NCBI GenBank assembly: GCA_965203175.1
Contig: OZ241867.1
Coordinates: forward strand, 4,704,001 to 4,768,000
Length of the DNA: 64,000 bases
Reading direction: 5' to 3'
Origin: Candidatus Latescibacterota bacterium
GTDB lineage: Bacteria > Latescibacterota > UBA2968 > UBA8231
Of this stretch, positions 27,665-37,394 are shown piece by piece. The translations under genes were made by a program, and so were the position numbers. How positions within the stretch are numbered: position 1 is the stretch's first letter; every line of letters begins with the position of its first letter. The notes under the pieces are model-generated. The model was not told the DNA's origin. It searched no databases and worked only from the letters and a program-made list of their open reading frames with translations.

Positions 27665-28579
27665 CTACTCGGCAAAGGTGGCCTTTATATGGCCCCAGGT
27701 CTTTTCCTCCACCGCTGTGCCCGCTCGGACTTGCGAGGCCCAGTCGATGTCGGGATCAACCGGACTCAGATAAAAGTCGCTGAGGAAATCGGCGTGGTGA
27801 CAGCTATTGGTGTCGCCACTCAAGGTCCAGTAGCCATCGTAGCCGCCACCAGTGTCCGAATCCAAGACCGTGAAGTTGAAACCGAAGATCTCATTTTCTT
27901 TGAGAATGTGCTGGACGCTGTTCGGTACGTCGGTCCAGCGCAGATCGTTCCACGGAGTATAGGCATACTCGGCATAGAAGTTGCCGGGCTCCCCTGGTCC
28001 GTTGGTACAGGAGAAGGCTGCGTCGCCAAACGGTGGCAAGGCATGCTCGTAGGTCTTGTGCCAAGCATAGCGTCCGTTCGGGCGCAGACCGTACCCCTGA
28101 GCCTGCTGGCCATGCAGAATGTCTTTCTCTTCCTGGGTCAGGGAGTCGTCGTTCCAGGAGTTGAACTGACCGCCGCTGTGGTCGCCGTCGATCTGGATCT
28201 CTAGGAAATCGCGGGCATTGCCGGTACAGCCACTGCCTTTGGCGTTTTCCCAACTGTTATCGCCCACCCAGACGGCGTCATCCCAGCGATCTTCCATGAT
28301 GTAGACTTTGTTGGTCTCCGGGCTCCAACCGACGAAGGCCCGCAGGGCCAGATCCGCGGCATCGCGCTGAGTGCCCAGTCCGGTCACCGTCTCGGTCAAA
28401 TCCTCGTGGGTGATCAAATAGGGATCAGTAACCACGTCCCAATCGGACAGATCACTGTCGATGATGGGAAGGTGTCCGGTGGGAAATTGAACAGCCGGCC
28501 TCACCACCCCTTCGGGCAAATGAGCCCAGCAAGTAGTGGAGACTAAAATAGCTCCAGCAATAAGGGCAACTTTCTTCAT
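27665..28579 (-). CDS. Secreted CBM9/DOMON-like protein with C-terminal TWGHIK tail
   Basis: Signal peptide MKKVALIAGAILVSTTCWA; PIIDSDLSDW, DFLEIQIDGDHSGG, YAEYAYTPW, IFGFNFTVLDSD; ends AVEEKTWGHIKATFAE. Confidence 0.65.
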   Translation of the reverse strand: MKKVALIAGAILVSTTCWAHLPEGVVRPAVQFPTGHLPIIDSDLSDWDVVTDPYLITHEDLTETVTGLGTQRDAADLALRAFVGWSPETNKVYIMEDRWDDAVWVGDNSWENAKGSGCTGNARDFLEIQIDGDHSGGQFNSWNDDSLTQEEKDILHGQQAQGYGLRPNGRYAWHKTYEHALPPFGDAAFSCTNGPGEPGNFYAEYAYTPWNDLRWTDVPNSVQHILKENEIFGFNFTVLDSDTGGGYDGYWTLSGDTNSCHHADFLSDFYLSPVDPDIDWASQVRAGTAVEEKTWGHIKATFAE

Positions 28580-28869
28580 GGTTTTAAACTCCGAGGTTGA
28601 GGTCAATGCGAAACGTCTGGGCTTAGGCCCAGGTACTAACCTGATCTACTCCGATTTACTCCGACGAAAAAGGGACACCTCCTTTCTGTCATAAGATATT
28701 AATTTTTTAAAGACTTATCACACCTATACCGGAAGTATTCCAGTCCACCGGTGTATTCGACGTGATGTAAAGATATGGAGTTAGAATACAAAATCCGACT
28801 GGTTAAAATCAAGTTTTTTTTCCCGTGCTCCCGCCCAATCAGCCAGTCCACGTCTAATTTCGCATTGGC

Positions 28870-29970
28870 TTACCAAGGAATGGTGTCGTACAGGAAATCC
28901 CCCGCTTCCCTGTGAGCTCGACTATTGGGGTGAAAATCCGTCGGGTGGACCCAGTAATCCCGTTCGTCCTTGCCGGCAAATTGAGCGAGGAGATCGACGT
29001 AGTGTATCCCCTCGTGCTGGGCAAGTGCCCCGAGCGTTTCGTGCACCTCTGTTAGGGGATAGGCTTCGAGCTGGTAGAACACGGGAAAGACGACCAAAGA
29101 GAATTTAATACCCTTAGCGGCGCAGGATTTCTTCATCTTGCTGAGCAACTGCCGGGTCAGGATCCAACCTAGATTATCTTTGTAGAGTTGTCGGTACCAC
29201 GCAACAGTATCTCGGGAAAGCTGCTGTCTCTTCAAGCGCGCGGCAAACCAATGCAGCGTATAGCTATTCCTCCCCGCCAGAAATCGGGCTGCCCCCACAT
29301 TGGACCGCAAGTGCATAAAATCGGCCAGTTCCTTTTCCATCTCGAGTAGACGCCCGCTCCTAAATGGATCGTTCAGGGTAAACGAGTACACGACGCGCTC
29401 GACCCGAGCAAAGTACTCGACATAGCGCTCCATGGTCTTGGCGATCCGCTTGATATTCATACCCGGCACACAGGCATTGAAAAGCTGATAGCGCTCCGCA
29501 GGGCGCTCTCGATTCAAGCGAATCTCCAAGATATGCGAAAAACGTTCCGCGACCCGGACCCCCTGCCCAAAGCCAAAGGAGTCGCCGATTACTAGGACGA
29601 TTTTGGCATTTTGCCCGTCGAACTCAGCCATCGGCCGCTCGCGCAATTGCTCTTCGTTGCGGCGCATCTCAATGGCATTGGGCACTTTGAATGGCGCTAG
29701 ATTGGCGAGGGTGGAATCATTGTTGGCATTGCCTAAATAGGTCAACTGCCCGTACGGATGTGCCCGCCGCAGATCCCAGTCAGGGGTGCCCGCAAAGTGC
29801 TCGTCGTAGCACCACAGATCGAGGTTAGGATCGGCCGTTTCGTAATAGACCAAGGGGTAGATCTGCTCGGACCGAGCAAAGAGCCAAAAAGAGACTTCAA
29901 TGGCGAGCGCGGTAACGGCCAAACTGGCAACTACCAACAGCAGCTTACCGCCAATCTCGATTCGATCCAT
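28870..29970 (-). CDS. SGNH/GDSL hydrolase-family protein, membrane anchored
   Basis: N-terminal TM helix; IGDSFGFGQG, FTLND, DFHPN. Confidence 0.85.
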   Translation of the reverse strand: MDRIEIGGKLLLVVASLAVTALAIEVSFWLFARSEQIYPLVYYETADPNLDLWCYDEHFAGTPDWDLRRAHPYGQLTYLGNANNDSTLANLAPFKVPNAIEMRRNEEQLRERPMAEFDGQNAKIVLVIGDSFGFGQGVRVAERFSHILEIRLNRERPAERYQLFNACVPGMNIKRIAKTMERYVEYFARVERVVYSFTLNDPFRSGRLLEMEKELADFMHLRSNVGAARFLAGRNSYTLHWFAARLKRQQLSRDTVAWYRQLYKDNLGWILTRQLLSKMKKSCAAKGIKFSLVVFPVFYQLEAYPLTEVHETLGALAQHEGIHYVDLLAQFAGKDERDYWVHPTDFHPNSRAHREAGDFLYDTIPW

Positions 29971-30028
29971 TTTTAACGATTAAACCGATGGGACAATCGG
30001 GTCGAGTTGTATCTATTCCCCCACCAGC

Positions 30029-31951
30029 CTAGCCGCGCCCTTCCGCGGTCAATTCCCGACCCAACTTTTCGATGTTATCATCGAAATAGCGCACCTCATC
30101 TTCGTACGAGGCGCGCAGGTCTTTCAACCAACGCCCGAACAATTCTCGCTCGCTCTCCTTGCGGATATTAGCTCGTATCTGCCTCTCGCGTTCTTCGTAG
30201 GAACGCGCTTCTGATTCCCGCCGACTGAGAATTTTGGCAATAGAATAGGAAGGCCCAACCTGAATGGGACCGATGAGCGAACCGATTTCCCTCTCAAAGG
30301 CCGCTGTGACCAAATCCCCAAAGCGCGCCGTCTCGTACCAGTAGAGATGGTAGTGCCCCTCTGTTTCGCTGGCGCCCGGTCGCAGACTGCGGGTGCTGGC
30401 CTGTTCCCGCATGATGTACTCTTCGGCCAACTCTTTTGGACTCGATGCCGCAGCTATTTCCTCTAGGACCGTCTCTACTCCGCCCCGCTCGTCCAACCGC
30501 TGGCAGAGCCATTCCAGAACCTCGAGATCGTCGTCCATTTTCCGCAACGCCAGTACCTCCTCTGTCAGGTCCCGCCCGGCCTGCTGCTTTTGTTTCATCT
30601 TGGTGAGCAGGTCGATCAAAGGAGAAACCCGACGGAAGATGCCGCGAATCTCGGCGAGCAGCGCCTCGGCCTCGGCCTCGCTGGCCAACTGGATCTCCAC
30701 CACGTTCACCTCCGAGGCGGTCCGGTACTGGTCCTTGGTTTCTTCGTAGTAATCGAGTACCTCTTGTTCGCTTATCTCCTCGTCTGTCGCAGTAGCGATC
30801 TGGCGCATGGTCACAATCAGTACTTCTTCTTCCTTGCGCTTGACCCATTCTTCGAGTTCGCGGTCGAGCTCCAACTTATCCGCCTCCATCCACATGAGTT
30901 GCGGGATTACTACGTCGCGCTCCAAAAAATGGGCCACTCTCGCACTGTCGGATACGTTTCTGCCTTGGCGAATGAACGGAGATTGCAAGATGGCTTCTCC
31001 GAGCGCGATCTGTCCCCCCGCATACTTGAAGAGGGGCATCTCGGCGGCACCTTCTGGAATTTGGAACGTCTTTTTGCCGGTCTCCGGATCCTCCCGACCA
31101 CTGTGCAATATTTCCATCAGGGTGCCCAAGCCGTGCGGATCCGGCGTCAATTGGAACTGCTCGGCCAGCGAATCTGCATACGCCTTTCTGCGGGCGTCCA
31201 ACCATTCTTCGGACAGTGTCTTAAAAAGAAAATCCCTAGTTTGCTCGTAGGTCCCTTGCAACTCATTTAGGACCTTGAAAATTTCGTAACCTTGGGGGAC
31301 GGCTATGGGCTCTGATATTTCCCCAACTTTGAGACTGAAGAGTACATCGCGCACCAGTGGGACGGCGTGGAAGCGGCTGTAATACAAAGGTTTCACGCCT
31401 CCGAGCGAAGCCGTGCGCGAATGAGTCGAAAATTCGCGCGCTACTTCCTCAAAAGGAGTACCGGCCCGCAGAGCCGCCATCGCCTCCTCGGCGCGCTCCT
31501 GGGTGGGTACGACGATATGGGCAATTTTGATCCAGCGCTCCCAGTTCTGCTCGGCAAACACGCGCCGCATTTCCGCCTCGGTAATGGAGACCTGGTCCTG
31601 GACAGCGCGCTGCTCGATCTCTCGTATCAGCCGCCGTCGCAGAGCCGTCGCCACCTCGCTGACAAACGCCGGACTCCGGTCTAATTTGCCGGCGCGCGCT
31701 TCTCGGAGAATGAGCGTCCGATCGATCAGCGACTGCAAGTATTCGCGGACTTTTGCACCGCCTTCCTGTTCGCTCTTGGCCCACTCGGCCACATTGTCAA
31801 TCAGGTAACGTATATCCCGATCCGTGATCACCTCTTCGCCTACCTGGGCCAGCGGCAATGCCTCCTTTTGGGCGCTCGGCTCCTGCTCCCCGCAAGCGAC
31901 GAGCACCGCAATGCCCAGTGCACTCCACATCGACAACTTTCGCAAGTACAT
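30029..31951 (-). CDS. PpiC/SurA-like peptidyl-prolyl isomerase lipoprotein
   Basis: Lipobox LVAC; SurA_N-like helices; IAHIVV...FEEVAREFS...GEISEPI..GYEIFKV; second parvulin domain with an insertion. Confidence 0.82.
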   Translation of the reverse strand: MYLRKLSMWSALGIAVLVACGEQEPSAQKEALPLAQVGEEVITDRDIRYLIDNVAEWAKSEQEGGAKVREYLQSLIDRTLILREARAGKLDRSPAFVSEVATALRRRLIREIEQRAVQDQVSITEAEMRRVFAEQNWERWIKIAHIVVPTQERAEEAMAALRAGTPFEEVAREFSTHSRTASLGGVKPLYYSRFHAVPLVRDVLFSLKVGEISEPIAVPQGYEIFKVLNELQGTYEQTRDFLFKTLSEEWLDARRKAYADSLAEQFQLTPDPHGLGTLMEILHSGREDPETGKKTFQIPEGAAEMPLFKYAGGQIALGEAILQSPFIRQGRNVSDSARVAHFLERDVVIPQLMWMEADKLELDRELEEWVKRKEEEVLIVTMRQIATATDEEISEQEVLDYYEETKDQYRTASEVNVVEIQLASEAEAEALLAEIRGIFRRVSPLIDLLTKMKQKQQAGRDLTEEVLALRKMDDDLEVLEWLCQRLDERGGVETVLEEIAAASSPKELAEEYIMREQASTRSLRPGASETEGHYHLYWYETARFGDLVTAAFEREIGSLIGPIQVGPSYSIAKILSRRESEARSYEERERQIRANIRKESERELFGRWLKDLRASYEDEVRYFDDNIEKLGRELTAEGRG

Positions 31952-31962
31952 ATTCTCTCCTA

Positions 31963-32991
31963 TTAACGTGGCCAGAGCAGCGCCCGCTCCGCGTCAATGC
32001 TCGGATACACGGTCTCTCCCGGAGCAAAACTCCGTTCCTTAGACGCAATGATGTGGATGGACGCCCCGGCCCAATCCACCCATAAAATCCACGCGGCCCC
32101 AGCGTCCTCAACGACGCGCACCACCCCCGGCACATGCCCTCCTTCAGGCGCGATGTCTTCCGGCCGGATGCCGAGCAGCATCTCACCTGCCCCATTCAGC
32201 GCTGGCATTCGCTCGGCTTCGTTCGGGCCAATCCACGCATCCCCGCGCCGCTGCACGCTGAGGATGTTGATCGCAGGTTGCCCCAATTGGCGCGCTACTA
32301 CGGGCGAGACCGGCCGACGATAAATAACCTCTGGGCTGCCCTGCTGCAAAATCCGTCCCTCGGCCAGCACGGCGATGGAATCGCCCATGGACAGGGCCTC
32401 GGCTTGGTCGTGGGTCACGTAGATCGCCGGGATGCCTAACTCCTGTCGCAACAGAGCCAGCTCTAGGCGGAGGGATTCCCGCAGCTTGGCATCCAAATTA
32501 GTCAACGGCTCGTCAAAAAGAAACAGCCGCGGTCTCCGCACAATCGCCTGCCCAATGGCCACCCGCTGCATCTCCCCGCCCGACAGACGGGCCGCGGGCC
32601 GATCGAGCAGCTGCTCAATTTTCAGCAGCTCAGCCGCCCAGCCGACGCGCTGGTCAATCTCGCCACGCGCAAGCTGCTGGCGCGGTGCCTTGAGCGGAAA
32701 CTCTAAGTTGCGCCGCACGCTCCAGTCGGGATACAGGGCGAAGTGTTGGAAGACCAACGCAATGTCGCGGTCGGCCGGCGGCCAATGCGTCACCTCCTCG
32801 CCGTCCATCTCGACCTGACCAGCGTCGGGCACGTCTAACCCGGCGACGATCCGCAGCAGCGTGGTCTTGCCCGCGCCAGTCGGCCCCAGCACCACCAGCA
32901 TCTCGTCGGCCCCCAGCGACAGGTCAATGCCAGACAGAACCTCGGCCTTGCCAAAACGCCGCGTCACTCCTTTTAGCTGCAACCAGGACAT
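31963..32991 (-). CDS. Sugar ABC transporter ATP-binding protein (MalK-like)
   Basis: GPTGAGKTT, LSGGEMQR, LFDEPLTNLD, VTHDQ; real start MSWLQL at 32991. Confidence 0.92.
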   Translation of the reverse strand: MSWLQLKGVTRRFGKAEVLSGIDLSLGADEMLVVLGPTGAGKTTLLRIVAGLDVPDAGQVEMDGEEVTHWPPADRDIALVFQHFALYPDWSVRRNLEFPLKAPRQQLARGEIDQRVGWAAELLKIEQLLDRPAARLSGGEMQRVAIGQAIVRRPRLFLFDEPLTNLDAKLRESLRLELALLRQELGIPAIYVTHDQAEALSMGDSIAVLAEGRILQQGSPEVIYRRPVSPVVARQLGQPAINILSVQRRGDAWIGPNEAERMPALNGAGEMLLGIRPEDIAPEGGHVPGVVRVVEDAGAAWILWVDWAGASIHIIASKERSFAPGETVYPSIDAERALLWPR

Positions 32992-32992
32992 C

Positions 32993-34033
32993 TTAAAGCC
33001 GCTTGCCACTTGTCGGGTCGAACAACAGCACCCGGGCAAAGTCCAAACCCAAAGATGCTCCCACGGCCACCCGCTCTCTATCAGCCACCCGTATGACCAG
33101 TCGACCACACTCAGCCTGTAGGTGGATGTAGCGGCACGCCCCTTGGTATTCATCGCGCACCACCTCGGCCCGCAGCCGACCTTTAGCATCCGGCCGCACG
33201 AACTCCGGTCGCACCCCCAGCGTCGCCGTCCCCGACCGCACCGACTCGGCCAACGGCCAGACCAACCCAAGCGCAACAAAGCAGTCCTCGCGAATTTCTC
33301 CAGTAATGAAATTCATGCTGGGGCTGCCGATAAAGTGGGCCACAAACAAGTCAGCCGGCTGGTCGTACACCAAGGCCGCAGCCCCACTCTGGCGAATCCG
33401 GCCCTCGTCCATGACCACCACTTGATCGGCCAAGCTCATGGCCTCCTCTTGGTCGTGGGTCACATACAAGGTGGCGATCCCCGCATCGAGCTGTTGGGCG
33501 CGGATCATCTCCCGCATCTCCAGCCGCAAATCCGCGTCGAGCGTGCCCAACGGCTCGTCCATCAGGTAGATCTGTGGCCGCCGCACCATCGCCCGCGCTA
33601 AAGCCACCCGCTGCTGATCACCGCCCGATAACTGCCGAGGATAGCGCCCGACCAACGCGCCTAGCCCCAACCGCTCGACAATGTCGGCCACCCGCTGCCG
33701 TCGCTCCCGCCGATTCAACCCCATGCTCTCCAGTGGAAAGCCGATGTTGTCCTCGACCTTCAGATGCGGATAAAGCGCGTAAAACTGAAACGCGAACCCC
33801 ACGTCTCGCTCGGCGGGCGAGCAGTCGGTGATGTCCGCACCGGCCAGCACGATCTGCCCAGCCGTGGGCTTTTCGAGGCCGGCGACCATCCGCAGCGTAG
33901 TCGTCTTGCCACATCCAGAAGGCCCCAACAGCACGGCGAACTCGCCCTCGCCACAGCGCAAATCAATGCCTTGGACGGCACGCGTGCCGTCGGCAAAGGT
34001 CTTGACCAAATCCCGGCACTCGAGAAAACTCAT
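32993..34033 (-). CDS. Sugar ABC transporter ATP-binding protein (MalK-like)
   Basis: GPSGCGKTT, LSGGDQQR, LMDEP, VTHDQEEA; start MSFLE at 34033. Confidence 0.92.
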   Translation of the reverse strand: MSFLECRDLVKTFADGTRAVQGIDLRCGEGEFAVLLGPSGCGKTTTLRMVAGLEKPTAGQIVLAGADITDCSPAERDVGFAFQFYALYPHLKVEDNIGFPLESMGLNRRERRQRVADIVERLGLGALVGRYPRQLSGGDQQRVALARAMVRRPQIYLMDEPLGTLDADLRLEMREMIRAQQLDAGIATLYVTHDQEEAMSLADQVVVMDEGRIRQSGAAALVYDQPADLFVAHFIGSPSMNFITGEIREDCFVALGLVWPLAESVRSGTATLGVRPEFVRPDAKGRLRAEVVRDEYQGACRYIHLQAECGRLVIRVADRERVAVGASLGLDFARVLLFDPTSGKRL

Positions 34034-34194
34034 GGCTCTTCCATCTGCCGCCGCGACGTCACAACGTGCAACAGCGTGCTGAAAGCTGCAATAAAAAATC
34101 CATACTTCAGCCCCGTCCCCCAGAACGGTTGCAACATCAATCCCACTCCGGCGACCATGCCCACGCGAGCGCAGCGATCTAACCAGTGAATCAT
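34030..34194 (-). CDS. 54-aa two-TM small protein inside the ABC operon
   Basis: MIHWLDRCARVGMVAGVGLMLQPFWGTGLKYGFFIAAFSTLLHVVTSRRQMEEP; ATGA overlaps with both neighbours. Confidence 0.75.
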   Translation of the reverse strand: MIHWLDRCARVGMVAGVGLMLQPFWGTGLKYGFFIAAFSTLLHVVTSRRQMEEP

Positions 34195-35054
34195 CGCTTG
34201 ATCGTCCCAAAGGTGACGCCGCGCAACAGATGCTTGCGCACCAATACCGTGAAGACGATGATCGGCGCGACAAAAATCAGCATCCCCGCGCTGATCTGCG
34301 CCCACGGCAAGCCCGACACATTGCCCTGCAAACCAGCGAAGTAAACCGGCACTGTAACGGCCTTTTGGTTGTTGAGCGTCATGGCAAACCCGTACTCGTT
34401 CCACGCAGAGATCAAGCAGAACACCGCAGTTACCGCCATCCCGGGCACGGCCCGCGGCAGGACGACCAAGCGGAAGGCTTGGAAGCGAGTATAACCAGCC
34501 ACTAGCGCAGCCTCTTCGTACGCCGTGGGTATCTCGTCGATGAAGCCCTTCATCAGCCACACGGCCAGCGACATATTGAACGCCGTGTACAGCAGCACCA
34601 AGCCCATGTGGCTGTTCTGGAGATCGAATTCGCGATACATCATCAACACCGGCACCACCACGGCAAGGGGCGGCAAAAAGCGCGTCGAGAGAATGAAGAA
34701 CAGCCAGTCTCGTCCCCCGGGGATGTCAAAGCGGCTAAAGCCATAGGCCGCACAGGTGCCGATCAGCACCGAGCACAAGGTGCTGAGCAGACCAATGACC
34801 AAGCTGTTGCCCAAGTAGTGGAAAAAGGCGTGGTCCCCGCCGGCGTACACCGAGGCCAGTTGGCGATAACCGTCGAGATTGGCGCGGAAGTAAACTCCGT
34901 CGGCCGCGACTTCCTCGGCCCAAGTGGGTGCGAACTTTGGATGCACGGCAATGCTGTCGTCCCGCATCTTAAACGAGGTCAGCAAAAGCCATATCAGCGG
35001 CAGCATGGCCGCGCAAAAGTAGCCCCCGACAAAGGCGATGCGCAGCGCCTTCAC
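34191..35054 (-). CDS. Carbohydrate ABC transporter permease (MalG-like)
   Basis: NSLVI, AAYGFSRF, EAA motif (YEEAALVAG); GTGA overlap with the upstream gene. Confidence 0.92.
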   Translation of the reverse strand: MKALRIAFVGGYFCAAMLPLIWLLLTSFKMRDDSIAVHPKFAPTWAEEVAADGVYFRANLDGYRQLASVYAGGDHAFFHYLGNSLVIGLLSTLCSVLIGTCAAYGFSRFDIPGGRDWLFFILSTRFLPPLAVVVPVLMMYREFDLQNSHMGLVLLYTAFNMSLAVWLMKGFIDEIPTAYEEAALVAGYTRFQAFRLVVLPRAVPGMAVTAVFCLISAWNEYGFAMTLNNQKAVTVPVYFAGLQGNVSGLPWAQISAGMLIFVAPIIVFTVLVRKHLLRGVTFGTIKR

Positions 35055-35947
35055 TGCGCCCCGGCCTCCTCGCGCCGCTGCACTGAACTCATGTAGCGCA
35101 CAAACACACTGGCCAGCGCGAGTACCAGTACCAGCACCACGTACGAATACGCCGCGCCCAACCCCACTTTGCCGTCGCGGAACACCACCTGATAGAGTAG
35201 AGCACTCACCGTTTGCGTTGCGGGGTCGTTGGGGCCGGTGATGGCTATAACCAAATCGAACTGCTTGATCGCGTCCGTGGCCCGCAGCAACACGGCCAGG
35301 CCCAAAAGCGGCGCACACAGAGGTAAGGTAATCCGGCGGAAGACCTTCCACCGCGAGGCCCGGTCAATGGCCGCAGCCTCGTACAGATAGCCAGGGATGG
35401 CATTGAGAGCCGCCAGTGCGATTAGCATCATAAACGGCGTCCACATCCACACGTCAACCAGCAAAATCGACAGCAGCTTGAGGTCGGGATCTGTAATCCA
35501 CTGAGGTTGACCCAGGCCTAGCGCGCCGAGGCATTGGTTGAGGATGCCGTAGTGCCCGTTGAGCACCAGCTTCCAAAAGAGCGCGATCACGGCCGGCGGC
35601 AACATCATCGGCACCAAAAGCGCGGTCAGTGCAAACGCCCGGCCGCTGAAGCGATCTTTGAGTGCCAGTGCCAAGGCAAAGCCCAAGACCAATTCCACGG
35701 CCACGGCCACGCAGACAAAAAGCGCGGTGGTTCGCAGCGCGGCCCCATATTTGGCAAACTTGAACGCCACGGCGTAGTTGAATCCCCCCACGAATTTCCA
35801 CGTCCCGCCGACCAAGTCCACATTGGTGAAACTGAGCGCGATGCTGTACAGCAATGGGAAGACGTTTATGCCAATGAGCAAAATGAGGGCCGGCCCCACG
35901 AACGCATACTGCGTCCAGTCGCGGCACCGGCCCATACTACCCTTCAC
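35051..35947 (-). CDS. Carbohydrate ABC transporter permease (MalF-like)
   Basis: DVWMWTPF, LYEAAAIDRAS, FRRITLP. Confidence 0.92.
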   Translation of the reverse strand: MKGSMGRCRDWTQYAFVGPALILLIGINVFPLLYSIALSFTNVDLVGGTWKFVGGFNYAVAFKFAKYGAALRTTALFVCVAVAVELVLGFALALALKDRFSGRAFALTALLVPMMLPPAVIALFWKLVLNGHYGILNQCLGALGLGQPQWITDPDLKLLSILLVDVWMWTPFMMLIALAALNAIPGYLYEAAAIDRASRWKVFRRITLPLCAPLLGLAVLLRATDAIKQFDLVIAITGPNDPATQTVSALLYQVVFRDGKVGLGAAYSYVVLVLVLALASVFVRYMSSVQRREEAGAQ

Positions 35948-35955
35948 GCCACCTC

Positions 35956-37260
35956 CTATTCCATCTCTAGCAAGCCTGCTTCCATCAGAATCATCTCGTG
36001 CTCAGCGGCCAGCGCGTCGAGCGCATCGGCGCTCGCACTCGTGCCGTCGAGGGCTGCGCCCAAGTGTCGCACGGCCGAGGCTAACAGTTCGTTGTACACT
36101 GGCACGTTCCAAAAGTCCTGCAAGTAATCCAGCGACGCGGCAAACACGGCGTTGTACGGCGCGGCCGCGGCAAACTCCTCACTCGCTAGCAACTCGGTAT
36201 TAGCCGTGAACGAGCCAGGATAGGATATCCATTTCTCTTGTATAGAGGTCTGGGAAAACCAAGCGATAAACTGCTTGGCCCATTCCTGCTTTTGCGGCGT
36301 AGTCTTGGTCGAAATGCTAAAGCCCTGTCCGCCCAGCGAGATAACGCGCTGGTCGCCGTGGCGCGGCACCATGAAGAAGCCAACTTGGTCGCCCATGCTG
36401 GCGACGATGCCCGGATAGAACGGGAAGTAGTCCAAGACCATGGCCGTGGAGCCGTTGGAGAACGCCTCTAAGTTGAAGAAGTAATCGGCATTCGTGCCGC
36501 CTTCGGGCGTGAATTGCAGCAGGGACTTGAAAAACTCCAGCCCCGCCACGGCCCCCTCGGTGTTGAGGTGCCCCTGCACCTTGTAGCTCTGCGGGTCGCC
36601 CCAAGCGCCGCCCCAAGCCCAGAGAAAGGGCTGAAAGCCCATGACGATAGAATCGTAGCCCCGGCCCGTCAGCAACGAGCAGCCATAGCGCTTTTGCTCC
36701 GGGCGATGGAAAAACTCGGCCACGGCGCGAAATTCCTCCCACGTGTCAGGCGCGGCCAGCGGGCGGCCATAGCGAGCGGCAAACGCCTCCTGCTCGGCTG
36801 GATCTGTAAACCAGTCGCGGCGATAGACAAAGCCAATGGCATCCGTCTGGCAAGGCGCGGCGAAAAACCGGCTGCTGCCCGGCGGGTATTCGCACAAATA
36901 GCGCGCGGCGCGCGGATGGATCGCGCCCACATCAACGGCCTCGGTCAGCCAATCGGTCAGCTCCAGATACAGCCCCTTGGTCGCGCCGCGGCCAATCCAC
37001 TGACTGTCGCCGACGACGATGTCGAAGTCGGTCTGCTTGTTGCCGAAATTGAGAAAGACTTGGTCCTGATAAGCGGGCCAGGGAATCTGGTACACCTCGA
37101 CGGCAATCCCGGTCTCTTCGGCGAACTCGTGGCCTAGCTCTTGTAGCGCCGCGGCCGGATCCCATTGCGCCCACCAGATGGTGATCTTTTTGTCTTCGGC
37201 ATGGCCCGTTTGCACCGCTAGCAGCAGAATCGCCGCCAGCCCGAACATCCGCAGTCTCAT
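35956..37260 (-). CDS. Sugar ABC transporter substrate-binding protein
   Basis: AGGAGG RBS, signal peptide, FDIVVGDSQW, YRRDWF, PDTWEEF, LGGQG. Confidence 0.92.
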   Translation of the reverse strand: MRLRMFGLAAILLLAVQTGHAEDKKITIWWAQWDPAAALQELGHEFAEETGIAVEVYQIPWPAYQDQVFLNFGNKQTDFDIVVGDSQWIGRGATKGLYLELTDWLTEAVDVGAIHPRAARYLCEYPPGSSRFFAAPCQTDAIGFVYRRDWFTDPAEQEAFAARYGRPLAAPDTWEEFRAVAEFFHRPEQKRYGCSLLTGRGYDSIVMGFQPFLWAWGGAWGDPQSYKVQGHLNTEGAVAGLEFFKSLLQFTPEGGTNADYFFNLEAFSNGSTAMVLDYFPFYPGIVASMGDQVGFFMVPRHGDQRVISLGGQGFSISTKTTPQKQEWAKQFIAWFSQTSIQEKWISYPGSFTANTELLASEEFAAAAPYNAVFAASLDYLQDFWNVPVYNELLASAVRHLGAALDGTSASADALDALAAEHEMILMEAGLLEME

Positions 37261-37394
37261 ACAATCTCCTCCTCTTAGAAGCATTTTTTAACGTCGACAC
37301 AAGCGTACTTACCGCACCCTGAGTACGTCGTAGGCCGCTTGATGAATGCGCCCGACAATATCCAACTGATTGGATCGGCGTGCAATGGCCACCG

